Of a stretch of 64,000 nt of DNA, positions 12,136-27,100 are shown in pieces; positions within the stretch are counted from its first letter, which is position 1; every line of letters starts with the position of its first letter. Location of the stretch: assembly GCA_965202585.1 (NCBI GenBank), contig OZ241831.1, positions 13,764,001 to 13,828,000 of the forward strand, given 5' to 3'. The DNA comes from Thalia democratica (lineage: Eukaryota). The notes below the pieces were generated by a model. That model did no database searches, was not told the origin of the DNA, and saw nothing but the letters and a program-made list of their open reading frames with translations. The position numbers and the translations under genes were made by a program.

Positions 12136-15100
12136 GTGAGACTAAAGTATAATTTTAGTTTTAAGCTTTACATAAAAAAACGCTTTTAAAAAATTAAATT
12201 TAATATTTTTTTTTAAATTAAAAAACTTATAACTAATCTTGTGTAAATTTTGATAATATTTCTTAATTTTACAAAATTATACTTACTAAAAGTTACTTAA
12301 GATTTTAGATATGTTTGGTTTTTATATTAACTCTATTTGCAAATGCAAATATTAATATTTAAAAAAAAATCTTAAAGAAAAAAAAAAACAAAAAAATAAG
12401 TTAATTCTTTTTCAAAAACTAGGCTGCAAGTAATAATTTGAAAATTGGTTTCTTAAACTTAAGTTAGTTTAATTTTTCACTTAAAAGCATCTGACCTTTT
12501 TTAGAATAAATCAGTCTGTTTTAAAATAAGGTAATTTTCAAAAAAATATGCTGTTTAACTAATTGTTTGTTAGTGTGTTTTTAAGGTTAAATTATTACAT
12601 TTAGATAAAGATTTATCATGAGATATCATTTTAGCAAAAATTGATTGAGTTTTAGTTACAAGAATTAGTTAAATTTTATTACTCTCCTACTATAAAAAGT
12701 TATTTAACAAATGAAGAACTAATATATCTGCAGTCAAAACTATGTTTATTTAAACAGGTTTTATAGTTCACTGTGGGTGAGTAATGTGAAGACCAATCAA
12801 AAAGAAAACATACAAGTCGGTTCAGACATAATGGTGTCAGGTTACAGTGGATTTCCTGGCTACTACATTGCTAAAGTCATCTCCTTCTTTGATCTAAGTG
12901 AGTTTGTTAGGAAAGGCGAAGCAGTGGTAGCAGTGTGAAAAAGTATAAATTTTTTTTTGGATTAAAAAAGCCTAGTTTTTTGAAAATTTTCAGGTTCATT
13001 GTTTATACTGAAGATATTTGAAATAAAAAATTAAACTATTGTTACGAAAACAAAAGTCTAAGTAGAAAGTAAGTAAAAAAGTATTAGTAGTAATAAAAGT
13101 TCATGGGGTCTTAAAATTTTTTTATTAATCTATATCACATTATGGCTCTTGTTTATGAGTGTAAATTATATCAGATGCGTTCAACTAATTATAAAAATGT
13201 TTATATATCGAACTTTATTCGCTTTAACAACTGACTTTTACAAGAAGAAAAGTAAACATTTATACTAAAACTTTTAAATCTTTTTACACTTGAACAATGT
13301 TAAATTTAGCTCTGGTGAACAAATATAGTTTTTAAAAGAAAACTGCCTGAAGTTGCTTTTCATTTAAAATGTAGTAAATTACCAAAGTTTTAACTGTTAT
13401 TTTATAGCTACAAAACTACTTAAAGTCTGTTTTATTTGTTTATAACCTTCAAAAAAGCTTTTAAACAAATAAAACTTGGTAAAAGTTGTTCCTGTAGTTA
13501 ACGAAGTATCGTAAGTTACTTATTTTTTGGTGTTATTTTAGTATTACGAGTTTAAATGATACGCACATTGTGTACTTACAAGTTATAACTAAGTATATTT
13601 AATTAAAAGTCTATTTTCTTATATGATAATGAATTTGTTTTATAAAGTAGTAATGAATTTGTTTTATAAAGTAATAATGAATTTTGTGTGCTCAATTATA
13701 AATAGGTTGAAAGCTTTTAGAAATAGTTCAAAGTTAACGGAAGTCGTTTAAACTATTAAAGCTGCTAAAACTAATTGAAATGTTTACCTTATTTTGCTCA
13801 TGTATATAAATGTTGACATTCTGTCCAAAACTTCGTTATTCTGATACTTAAATCTTTTGTTGTGACTTTTATGCTTATGAAAAGAAATATTTTTTTTTGA
13901 ATGGTTAGCTACTTCGCTTAAATTACTTGAATTAAATTTTTTAAAAGATGTATAATAATTTCAAACCAGAATCAATGTAACAAATTAAAATTAAGTATGG
14001 TAAAACTTAAATAATTATTAAGTTAATGGATCTTAGGTATGGAACAAAGTAGTAAAAAGTTTTGGGTTAATTTTAGTTTTATATTGATTAATTTATATTT
14101 GTTATTCACTACATACAACTATAAAGAAAACTGCTCAGTTTACTTTAAACACTAAAACAACCTAGAAATGTAAATATTTAAATAGTGAAAATAAGTGCTA
14201 TATGTACTTTTACGTTCAATGATTATATTTTTACAGTTTGGCAGTTTAAGAATATATAAATTCTAATGCCATTTAAAGTTTATATTAAAGTTGTTTAAAT
14301 TATTTAATCGTTCTATTGTAAAATATTTTTGACACAAAATTTTACATTGAAATCAGTTTGTGTATGAAATATTCAGTTACAAATATTACAATGGTCTAAT
14401 AAGCCTAATATGTAGTAAACAAAAACTATTATCTAAATAAAAAAAAATTTTTTTTTGAAAAAAGTGAACGCTTACAATTCGTTAGGCTGCGAAAACAATT
14501 ATGACATTATTGTTTTATAATAAAACTTAAAACATGTTTGTTTTATACTAATGCTACGCAAGCAATAAAGTTAACCAATTAAATAAGAATTCATAATGTT
14601 GAGAAACAGTCCTCATGTTCAATACTAACAAACCAGTAGTGTAATGTTCCTAATTATCAGAAATGTTCAAGCATTTTTCTTCTTGTTTCTACGTAGTATA
14701 CCGATACGCAGGTGAGAAGGGCCTGTCGAGCAAGAGGTGCGCGGTCGAGTGGTACTACTTGCCCGACGAGCTCCGCCACACCGCCCGCCACCAGCTCTCC
14801 ATCATGCGGAAGAACGAGGTCGTCAGGGACCTCACCCACAAGCGCAACGTCATAGAGGCCGTGACGTTGCTAGGCAACTGCAACGTCACCGTGCTGGGCC
14901 CCAACCAGTGCTTCCCCGGTTCGTTTAAATTTGTGTTTTGAAAGAAAATAGGTTTCAAAGTTTGTAATTAAAAGTAACTTGTGTGAAAAGTATAGATTTT
15001 ATTATCGAAATGATATCAAACACATAAAAATCTTTCTATAAAGATTATACATGTTGATAAATTGTTTAACAAGTTAATAAATGTTGGTTATTTGAACCAA

Positions 15101-18100
15101 GTTAATGTTAGTAAAAATATTCAAGATTGGAATGTATCACAAAGAGTGTAAAGGTCCTAAAAAGCTTAATAAAATTATATGACTAACATATTTTAGCTAA
15201 TAAACATTAATTGTTATACTAATGAACTGCTATAAAATTAAGCTTTATTTACAAATGCTAGTTTTAGTCTAGTAAAAAAATTATGATTGTTGTGACTTTT
15301 ATATATATAATATATACTTTTTATATTAGCCTTGCTATTTTATTTCATGTTATACACTCCTTAAAATGTTTTAAAGTTACTAAATTTTCTTTATAGTAAG
15401 TTCAATTGTTATAAATATTTGATGTTTTGTTTTTAAGTCTTAAAAATAACACAACACTAAAGACTAAAACATTATATTAATGAATATTATTTTGATTTGT
15501 TCTTTAAAAATAGCAAGTTGTTATTTTGAACGAGTATTTGGATTATATAATTATATTAGACTCGTTGTAAAAAAACGTTAAATTTAATAAAGTTTGATAA
15601 GTTAATTTTTACTACAATTACAGTAATTTTTGTATAAGTTACAAATAGTTTTATTAATTTATAATTTTAACTCAAGACTCTATAAACTTAATAAAGAAGA
15701 GTAACTGTTTACACTTTAGTGGTAATGTACATTCAAACGATGGATATTTCTATTAATAAACAACGTGGCTTTTCGGATAAACTAAATGAGTTTTAATTTG
15801 ATTAAAATTTGCACGATTTTTTGCGAAAGAGCTAATTATTTGTTTAATATTTTTATATAAAGATTAAATCTATGTTGTTTGTTTTTTAGCAACATTACTG
15901 TTTTTTAGTATATATAAATATTAAGCTTCTTTTACAGATAACATACTTTAGTTTATTATAACTCTAAAGTACAAGTTAACCTTAAGTTTGTTATATTTGT
16001 TTTCCTTTATAATTTATAGATTATTTGAGAACTATTAAAATAAAAATTAGTTTTGTGTATCAAACAGATTAGATCACTGGAGTAAATAAAAAGTACCAGT
16101 TATTAAAAAACTTAGTAGTTAAATAATAAGTAATTTTAATAATTGGTATAAGCATATACATTAATGTACTAATACTGTGTTTTTTAATTAGTTTTACTTA
16201 AAGACCCATAAGGAAAGCCTTAGTCACGTTTTATTAAGCTTTTGAAACAAAAGATCTACTCAAACATTTCAGTCTATTTATTAAATTGACATATTTGAAA
16301 GCATTTGTTTAACGGTGTATTGAATTTTAAAAAGCTGAGATAATTTTAATTATTTTTTTTTGCAATTATTTTAACTTGAATATAATTTGAAAATAGTAAA
16401 ATAAATTACAGGTATGGTTATAAAAAACTCAGAGGTATATAGTATAATTTTATAAACAGTCTAAAAATAGTATGTTTAAACTTTTTGAGTTAAAAGTATA
16501 CAATTTAGTTAAATGTTCTTAACTTATCTATAGTTTTATACCTTACAGAAAAAGCTATCTAAACTTTTTCAAAATATAAAATATATGTTTAATGTTTTCT
16601 GAAATTTTAAAGGCTACACAAGCTTAATCAACAAGAAAAAAGTCTTATGACTTTGAAATAGTTTTAAGCTTTTATTTACTGCAGGAAATATAGCTATAGG
16701 AAGAAAGTTTAATTCTAATGTACTTACAAGTGTAAATAGTTTTTCAAAAAGTTTTATTTGTTAATATTATGAATATTTGAGTAAAAAAGTAGCAATTTTA
16801 AAAAGTATTCTTAATATACCAATTCCATCAAAAAAACGTTGAAATTTATATTTTCCTGTTTAAAAAAGTAGAAAGACATGTATTTTCAAAATAAGTGAAA
16901 ATTATCAATGAACTTTCTTTTCTTGTTTAATTTTTTTTACACTTACTTACTCATAAAAGCTTAACATTTTTTAAAAAGCAGAACTTGAAAATTGTTCTCA
17001 ATTTTCAATTAATAGTTCGATATAATTTTTTTTGATCCCTTAAGCTCCATATACAACTAATTCAAACGAATAAATTATACTATCTGTATATAAATTTACG
17101 TAGTATACTTATAGTTAATTTTTTTACGAACTGCAATAAAGATTTAAAAACTATAATAAATTAAGACTGATACTATTTTTTTTTAGTCTAAAAAAAATAA
17201 TACATACACATATCTGATAAAAACTAACTTACTTTTAAGAAATATATAGAAAATAAACTAGGTACAAGAGTTGAACGACATTGTGTTTATTAAGTCTAAA
17301 AAACATAATTTATACTAATTTTAACTTTCAATTACTAATATTGTTAATAGAAAATTACTAGTATCACTTAGATTGTCTAAAAATAGAACTTAAATAATTT
17401 AAAAAAATAAACAATGCGCAAGAAATCAATAACAAAATAATTTTATTTTTAGAGTTTGACGAGGAGATGGCAGATTGTTTCTACTGTCATCACGGTTTTG
17501 ATGGTAAAAACATTATTCGCATCAACAGTAAGTTTTTAAAAAAATATGTTGCAAAGTTGTTTATTAAGACCAGTTAAAAGTTTAAAACAGAAAAGTCAGT
17601 ATTATAAAAAATTGCACTTTTTACAGCCAAAAATGTTACTACTTAAAGTAAAATAAATGATATTTAATATTTTTTTTCTTAATGAACTCTTTACAGTTAA
17701 AGAATTTAAATTAATACATAAGACAGCTTTAAATAGAAAATAAAAAGAAACATTATTAAAGTAAAGTTTTTTTTTTAAGGAAAAAGTAAATTACTAGTAT
17801 AAAAAGTAGATGATTGAAAACATAACATATGACTAAAGTTGGTCTCTGATAATTTCAGTAGTTTGAGCTGATTCACTACCACTTCCTTAGTTGTTGGATA
17901 TTAACATTAATTGTATATGAAATATTTGCATAAGAAGTATTATTTATAATACTAATATAATTTTTAACTGGATATCAAAATAAATTAATATATTAAAGGG
18001 CATATTTTTCAATTTTTCTTATAATTCTGTGTCTGATAACTTACATCAGTTATTATACCTTGATAAGCTCACTCTCACAATGAAAGTATACTCTAAGGCT

Positions 18101-21100
18101 TGATTTTGATATATGTAAGTTTGTTGGAAATATTTAAAAACTCCTATACACAGAAACTTTTTAAACAAAAGTTAATAAATCTAAAAAAAAATTTGTAGCG
18201 AAAACAGAAAATGAGCAGAAAGAAGTTAAACCAGAAAAAGTGGCAAAGAAGCCGAAAAAGAAGAAAATAAAAAGGAAAATTCAGTCAGCTTCTACAGCTC
18301 CGTGTGAAACTCCCAAGAAAAAGAAGAAAACTGTGGTTACAAGTGTGTTACATGCCATTATATTAATTAAAAAACTTGCTGTGTTTTACTTAGTAGTCTG
18401 TTAGCTAACAAAATATCTATTTGTTTAATGATAATATTTTTTGGTATATTATATTATTGTTAACATGCATTATTATTTTGAGTAAAAAAAAAAAACTCAT
18501 TGGAGAACAATGTTTGTAAAATAAAAAGTAGAATACTGCAAAAATATTTTAAGGTAGTTTTACAATTTTAAAAGACAATAACGAAAATGATGTTCAGAAA
18601 ATCTATTAGTTCTGCAATTGTACAAGACTTAAATATGAATTTTTTTAACAGAAGAAGTGAATGAAAATGGGCAAAACGGGTCGCCCATGGAATCGCAAAG
18701 GGCGCCAGCTGCGGTGAAACCCGTAGAAAAAGGTTAACTTTTTTTAAAGTTTTATGTAACTTAAAGAAGTTAAACAGAACTATTTTTTTGTCTTAAGTTA
18801 GAGCTCATTGAACAAAAAATATTTATTTCATCCAAGTTGGAAACTAATATAGTTTGTATTATTTTAGTAAAAAATAAATGGTTATAATAGTAATTTCATA
18901 TTGATTAAATTAAAACAAAATTTATAAAAGTTTGATTATAAATAGCTTGTATTATAAGTGACATAATACAACGGTAAGTTGTAACGTATTTGATACTAGT
19001 TGTGTTTATAATGTAAAATTTTAATTCTACGTCGTAAGTGATTGATTACAGTAAACTGAATTAATAATTAAAAAAAAACTAAGTTTAATATAACTTTAGA
19101 TTTAGTATTTTTTAATAGTGACATAAACAGTTATAAACTTTTTAGTTGTAAATGATCAGTATCATATCTACAGTTATATAAAATATTTTTTCTCAGTTGT
19201 GTACTTAACTTAAACTACTCACAAGTAAGTTTAAAACTTTCAAATAAATTCTTAATTATTAAAATAATTATTTAAAAAAACTCTTGATTGTTTTCAAAAA
19301 AAAAAGTCCATTTTGGTTTTAGAACATTTAAAAATTTTACAATAAATAATTTTTTGATAGGTGCAATTATAACCAAGTGTGCTCCTTTTTGTAATTTTCT
19401 TAACAATTTAAAATAAAACTAATGTTTATTTTTCCCTCCAGCACCTTCGAATACGAATATTGCTCATTAGCGCCAGCAAGCAGTGAGAAATTTTTCTGAA
19501 GATTTGAAGGTGTTGGGGTTGGAAATGCTTCTATAATAATGAATTAGTATGCGTGTTTATAGTTGGTGCTTCTTGTTTTTACCTTCAGTCTTTTCTCCTA
19601 AAGTTTATCACCTTTTTTTAATTCTAAAAAGTTAGTATCTTAATGATAGACTAATACTTAACAAAAATCTGTATAATTTTATTTTCTTACAGCGACTTGT
19701 TTTATTACCAATTTTTTTGAAATAAAATAGTTCTAAAAATTAATCTTTCTCTAAATAATAGCTGAACCGTCAATATGTTTTTTTGTACGATTATATTTTT
19801 CTTATTTTAATACTTTCTTTTCAAACTATTAGCTTTAGTAACGAAAGTTCAAAATGTTGTACTTTATAGATGACATAAATGTTTTTCTAAAAAGTCATCC
19901 TATATTTTGTTATCGTTTTAGACAATTTTTTATTAGTTACATAAACGTTTAATTACTATTTATCTTACAGCTCTATTCTAATGACTTGTTTTTGGTTAAA
20001 ATTAACAATGACCTTAATGAAAAATAAGTTTTTTTACAGAAAAGTCCAGTTTTGTTTTGTTATGTATTTCAAAAACATGTCCGTCTTAGTTGTTATTACT
20101 CAATTATGTTAAACTAGAAAACTAAGTCGGATTTTGTTCCTTTACTTTAATATGAATTTTTTTGAATAAGCTTGTGTCTGAATGGTAGCTTTGATTAATT
20201 GAAATCCGATTTTGTTGTTAGCTTTCACTTAGTTTGATCATGATTGAGTTTAAAGTTGTTTATTCTTGGCTCATTTTGTCGTTTCAGTTTAACTTCTCAA
20301 CTGTTTTTTAATGAGCTATTTAATTCCTAATTTATGAGTTGATGTAAACTTGTAACAGAAATCATTTGATTAAACTGTATGTTTTTCTTCTGTTTTAGAT
20401 TAGTTTATTTAAACAAATAGTTCTATATTTCAATAAATAAAATAAAATGTACCATTGAACTAGTATATTCAGGACTGTTTTTTAGTAATAATATATTGTT
20501 TAATGATAAAACATAAAGTCATAGAAATTGATTTAATAATTATCAATTGCAATTTATCCAAGTTAAATGTTTCTTCAAACTTGCAAAAAGAACTTTTTTA
20601 CTATTTTTCTTAATCTTGTTGCGTTAAAAGATGATTTATTTTATTGCTTCGATTTTAATTTGAAAAAATAAACACAAAAAGTATATACAAAGTTATGAAT
20701 CGATATAATACAAAAATAACTGATAACCTAAATATATATTTTGTTAGATACAGGTTTTTTAACTTAGCCTAAAAAATCTCGAGTTTTTCATATTTTGTAG
20801 CTTTATAAACAAAACTGAATTTTTTTTGTTTTATTTTACCATGCTTTTCATTACTAAAACTTAATTACTTTAAAATGTATTAGTTTATCTATGAAATATG
20901 TTAATCTTTCTTTTTAGTTTGTAAATTGATTTGAACTAGATTTAATTTTAGAACATTAAGATGTTATATTATTTCCTAACCAATATGTAAATGTTAATAA
21001 ACTTAAAATTGTTTTGAAGTTTAAGTTAGAAGTAAACGAACTAGATATTAGAATTTACTTGATAATAATTTTTATAACGATAAAATAAATAGTTGTATAT

Positions 21101-24100
21101 GTAGTAATTTTAAAGTAATATTAATTATTAACTTAGATTTTAAGTATTTTACTTAATAGCATTAATTTAAATTTAAGAGAATTTTTAAACTATAATAAAA
21201 AGGTTAATATACCTATTTTGTAGTTAATGTGTTTAAGAAATTGAAAAGAAGTACAAAAATATTTATATTGTAACTGTTTTATAAAAAAAATCAATACCCA
21301 ACATTGATTTTGTGTTAAAACTAGGCTGAAGGTTATTAAAGTTTTTGAAACACAAAAAATATGCTCCCTAACAAGTAAAACAAGTAAAAGCTACAAATAA
21401 GTGGTTGTTAATATAGTTTTAATTTAAGTTTGAATTATATCAAATAAGTAAAAATAAATTAAAAAAGAATTTCGTATAGTTTTATTAAACACAACAAATA
21501 AAAAAGTTAGGTCTAGTTAGGTTAGAAAAAAGTCTTTTTCTTGTAGGTTAAACGTTGATTATATAGCTTACTATTTAAATATTTGTCATAGGAGAGTTTA
21601 AACTAGTTGGTATGCAATCTTAAAATATCAACTAATACTATTTACTTTTTCTATTTTGGTTTAGTGTCCACAAGTTATGAAAATCCTGTCGTAGTTAATA
21701 CTTTTGTTGTTTGAAATAAAAGTCGCTAAAAAAAGTACGGGTTTTATAAACGTGGTTTTTTCTAGTTTGTAAAATTACGTACTAGATAACAAGTTCTATT
21801 AATACTTAAAATATAAAAATTATGTAATCAAAATTCTTATTTGTAGTTTGCAAAGGACATTTAAATAAAAACAAACAAATATTAAAAACCTTGGTATTAT
21901 AAAATTTGGAAGCTTAATTTGAAGAAACATTAAACAGTTAATCAATAACTGCTTAGTTTTTTTTTTAATTTAGAGATCTTAATTTGTTTGATTAAAAATG
22001 CGTTAATAAAAAATCTTTTTAATCAAAGCCTTTATCTAAACATATATGAATAATATCATTTTGAAACTTACCTAACAGCCATGACAACAATATCTTTTTA
22101 GATTAAAATGTATAGTTTTGGGTGTTGGAATCTCTATAACATTTAAATGTTACTTTTAGTTACATCCTTTTTGAATACTTTTTTTTTATTAAAATATAAT
22201 AAACGCTTGATCTAATAAAATTTAAGTTCGACTGCTAAGTGATCACTACTTGAAGAAAAATAACTATGGCTTTCTTAAAACCAGTCATTAGTTTGTAAAC
22301 TGTTATAACTTATAAATACATTTAAATAGTTTTCAATGATAGTTTATGTATCAACTTTATCAAAAAGTAACAGAAAATGTCGTAACTAAAAGTTGTGAAA
22401 ATATAGTTATAGGTTACTTTTTTGGTAAAAAAGGTACAAAAATTATTTCAAATCAATTAAGTCATCAGTGTGTTATGTTTGATTACTGAGTTCATAAGGC
22501 ATGAAATAGATTTAAATAAAATAATTGAAATAAGTTTTTTAGCCGTTTCAATAATGTATACAATAGTTTTTAAAGTATAAAAACTCCTGTCAATAAAATA
22601 TTTACATATCTGTACGCGGTAATGTAAAAGTTTTGAATACAGTTTTTTTAAAAACTTAATTTTTAGGAAACTTACTTGGCACAACTTACAAAAAAAAGTG
22701 AAATTTAATAAGTAATATCTGGTATAAGTAATATCTGGTAAGTACAAGTTTAAAGTTTCAAAGCTTACATTTAGACTTCTTTATAATTTTCAAATACAAG
22801 GTAGAAATAAGTGTACAAACTGAATTATATATTTTTTGATATACCCTTATAAAGAAATAAGAATTTTTCTAAGATAGCTCAGAAATTACGTAGAGCATAA
22901 AGTAGTTTTAAACAAAATAACGTGTTTTAAAAGTAAGGAAACAAATCAAGAACTCAATTACCTAACATAACATCAAAATTAAACCGAGGTTGTTTAAGTT
23001 TAATGTTATGAAGTTGATATTAAAGACGATCCTAGTTCTAAAAATAAAAGCTACTTACTTTTCTTGTAGTCTTAATACTTTTTTATTCTTCTTAATCTAG
23101 TCTTCAATTTGTGAATTAGGTTGAAAGAATTTTTAATGTTTTACAATTTTGATAAAACCATTTTTAACCAACTTACTCAATATCACATGCAAATAAGACA
23201 TGTTAGCTAATAGTATTGTGTATTATAGTAAAACGGTTTTTTTTACCTATTCACATAAAAGATTGATTAACGTTTTTTTGTATAATAAAGGTCTATAAAA
23301 TTAATAGTAAAATTTGAAGTTAGTTTTGTAGAACCACAAAAAGGAACGTGAGTATAAGCTAAAATTTTGGTTTAAGACTAGTTTTTTTTTAGTAGAAAAA
23401 TATTGAAAAATCACATACTAAAGTATTTGAAAAATTTTATATATCACATTTAATTAGAATTCAAATTAATGATTGATACCGAAATTTACCAATTGAACCA
23501 GTACTTACTTAATAAAAACTACAAGTAAAAAAAAAACAAAGTACGAACTTACTAATGGTCAGAACAGCGTACAAAGTTAGGAACGTTCATAACAACACTC
23601 GACTGCTTTAGAACCAAACTTGTGAGAACTAAAACAAGAATTAGCTTGATTTTTACTTGTTGGAAATGTGATTGTAAATATGTCATTTCAGCACCCGCCA
23701 AAAAGTACGTGCCGAAGATGAACGCGTCAAAAGCGCTCGAAGTCATGATGCTCGATTCAACTGAGGAGGAGGAAGGGATGTCCAGCGACGAAGATTTTGT
23801 TGATTTCGATCAGCTCAAGAAGGTTGATTGTTTGTGTATATTTTCGAGTTCTTCACATTTACAGTCGAGTTTTTCACGGCTTTTATTACTACAAGTGTTA
23901 TATCTCCTTGAAACTTTACCAAAATCCACATCTAAGGATTTTTGAGTTTTGTTATGTTGAATGAATTGCAAAAAGTAGTTTTAAAAGTTACAAATATATT
24001 GAATAAGATAAGTTTTATGCTTTTTAGGACACTTCTTAAAATATAAACTGGAATCATCTTTTTAGGAAACTTAAGGACAATAATTTTTACAGTTTTGAGA

Positions 24101-27100
24101 CTATATTTTATTTAAAGTTAAAAATTTTCTTATGTTTTTAAATAGGTTTGAAGTGAATTAAGTAGCACAAGGCTGTAAGAAAGTTGCAATTTTAATTAAT
24201 TTTTAGTTGTTCTTGTTTAAAGCTTAACTAATGAACTATGGAAGTTAAGCTTTTTTGTGGTTGTAGTGGTTTTGGTGTACATAGAAAAAAATTGATTAGT
24301 TTCGGCTTTTTTATATGAAAAGTTGAGCTCACCTTATAAAACAGAGTATTCCCACGGGTTGTTAACTGAACTTTGCTAGTTTTAAAATTTTGCTAGGTCT
24401 CAGCAAGTGTTTTGTTAGCATTTTATAGTTTATAAAGATAATAATAAAAAATGTTATTTAGACGAATTTAACAAAAATGCATGTAATTTTGGTATGTTAG
24501 TTTCTAATATATTATATATTTAGAAACTATAATCTTTCTTTAGTATAATAAATTTGAGTTTAAAGTATACAAAATAATGGATGTTAATAAAAGTTAAACC
24601 TTAAAAAATACTTAAGTTTTCGGAAGTAGAGAACAGGTGTTGAACATTTTACAAATTAAGTTTTATTAAAGTATTATTATTTTTCGTTTGAAAATAACGT
24701 TTTAAAGTTATGGTTTATATATCTTCAAAAGCATATTAGAAAAAATAAATAAACAAAAAATAGCTACTAACCAATTTAAACGTTCAAGTTAGTATTTAGT
24801 TACATTGGTATTCGAACATAAAGTATAAATTTTTGAATAGCAAAGATTTAATCGCATGATCTCTAAGCACCAGATAAATATCAAAGTATAGATCTAAAGT
24901 AAGACAAGCGCTCGAGCGAAACTCTTAAAATGAAAATTTTAGCAACACTTGCCTAAGAAAAAGGTCAAAGTCACGTTGGATAAGTTGAGAGTTTCACCTA
25001 ATGGAGGTGTTTACGACAACGGTGGCGACATTTTATGTGATAGAAGCGGAGTTTTGAAGGTTTTAACAGCAAGCTCTTAGCGCTTGTACATGCATGCCAT
25101 AACAATTGTGTGTGCTTGCTCATAACACTTTCTTTTGTTCTGTGAAACGAGGTCATAGAGTATTTTTAGTTAGATTGTGTGAAAATCAACGTCTTTCATT
25201 CATAGTTTATGTTTTGATTATGATTTTTGTTGGTTCAAACTACTTAATTAAAAGTTTTTGTTCACTAACAAGCTATAGGTAAAAATTTTTAGTATACTTT
25301 AAAATGATTAAGCAACATAAATTAAATAAAACATTTTAAATACAATATATAATTTATAAAGTTAGCTTGGGTAAGATTTGTATGAAGATAAGATATAATT
25401 AAACTTAAAGAATAGCTTTAAGTTTTTTTTTTCATTTTCTACTTAAATCCGTAAAAGTTAAGTTACTAAATACTAGGTTTAAGCTTAAAATTAATTCCTA
25501 GAATATTTCGTAGTTTAAAAAGATTTTTTAAGTAATGTTTTTACATATAGTTATTTTAACTTTTTAAAGTTATTTTATGTAAGAGTTATTTGAAAAATTT
25601 ATTGTGATACAATAAAACCTTACAGTATTATTCAGTAATAAAATTCTTGTTCAAATTCTTTTTAACAGTATCTGAATTTTAGAACCATGTAATAGTAGCA
25701 CGTGTAAGTAGTACTAGATGAACTAGTAAACTGTAAATAAGTATAAAACATTAAGTCATAGTTTTTATTTTAAATTAAAAATTTTGAGCACTCAACAGAA
25801 ATTTTTTTAAGTTTTTTAAAAGACTAAGTTTTATTATAACTCAGATAGTTGTTTTTATACATGGTTTAGGAGCTAATAAACATATATTTTTTTTGAAATT
25901 TGAGCTTAGTTTTGTTCCAAACAAAGTACTTTGAATTATCAGAATAATCTAAACAAATGTATTTTAAAAAATTCAACATCTCACTATTATATATAAGTTT
26001 GTGCCTCTCATAAAGATAGAAACCTTAAACTTAACTTCGTTATGTAATTGAAAAAATGCTTTTTAAACTTAAATAGTTGATTTCAAAAATACTGAAAGTT
26101 TGGATTAGAAAGTAAACTAGTAGCATGAATCAGGTTTATATTTTAATTTTCGTTGGTTGAATGTATGCACGAATCGATTAAAATAGTAAATACAATATAA
26201 CACTATGATGCAGTTTGAGTCAAGATTTTTCGGTTAGTTAGCATGATTGTTATCTGCTTATTTTATATCATTACGTACAAAGCTACGAAGATCATCACTC
26301 ACTTTTGACATTACTTAAATTTGTTTTAATGTTACAGCTAGTTTGTTACCTGTTTTTTTTATGCTTTCTCTAAAACATCAATAAACAGTAAACGCTTTTC
26401 AATGTTCCAACTTAAAGTTAAAAAAAAATTAACGTTGTTATTTTACTGTGTGATTGATATGAAATAAATTGAACAAAGTTGAACAATTTTTCACACTCAA
26501 CTTAAAATGCTTGTTTGTAATTATCTTAACAGAATATTTAATCAGTTATTTATTAATATTTTTAATTATAGTTTTGTTATTAACTGGTTTAATTTTATAA
26601 TAAACAAATAACATAAAAGTAGTCCTTACTTTAATGACGTTCAATTATTAACGTAAATGAAATAGTTTAGGTATTTATATTGTGTTGTAATGTTCTATTA
26701 AAAATAAAGCTGTTATTATTAATTGTTATAGAGAATAGAAAAAAGTTGTTAATAATGTTTCTATATTTTTTAGTTGTGTAAATATTAGATCACATAAACT
26801 AGTTTTAATGATTTTTAATTACATAGGTTCATAGTTATTTTTAACATAAAATAATTTTTTTCTTAAATAGAATTTCATGTTCTATATGTAAAATCAAATC
26901 AAACACTTAATTAAGTTATAATTTTAGTGATATATTAAATGCAATAAATAGTTTAATATCGATAAAAATAATTTATGCGTTTATTAGTTGACAATTTAGA
27001 TTTTATTATGACAAGTAGATAGTAGCAATTGTTAAAAAAATGTAACTGAGAAACATAAACTTATTCTGAATATTATTATACGCAGCAAATCCAATCTAAA

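Noticed and set aside
14657-14958. Overlapping ORFs in other frames and strands at the BAH exon (also at 23552-23746, 34681-34966, 36285-36555, 38560-38745, 39169-39357)
   Set aside because: They are shadows of GC-rich ORC1 exons; only one frame fits the splice phases and ORC1 motifs.
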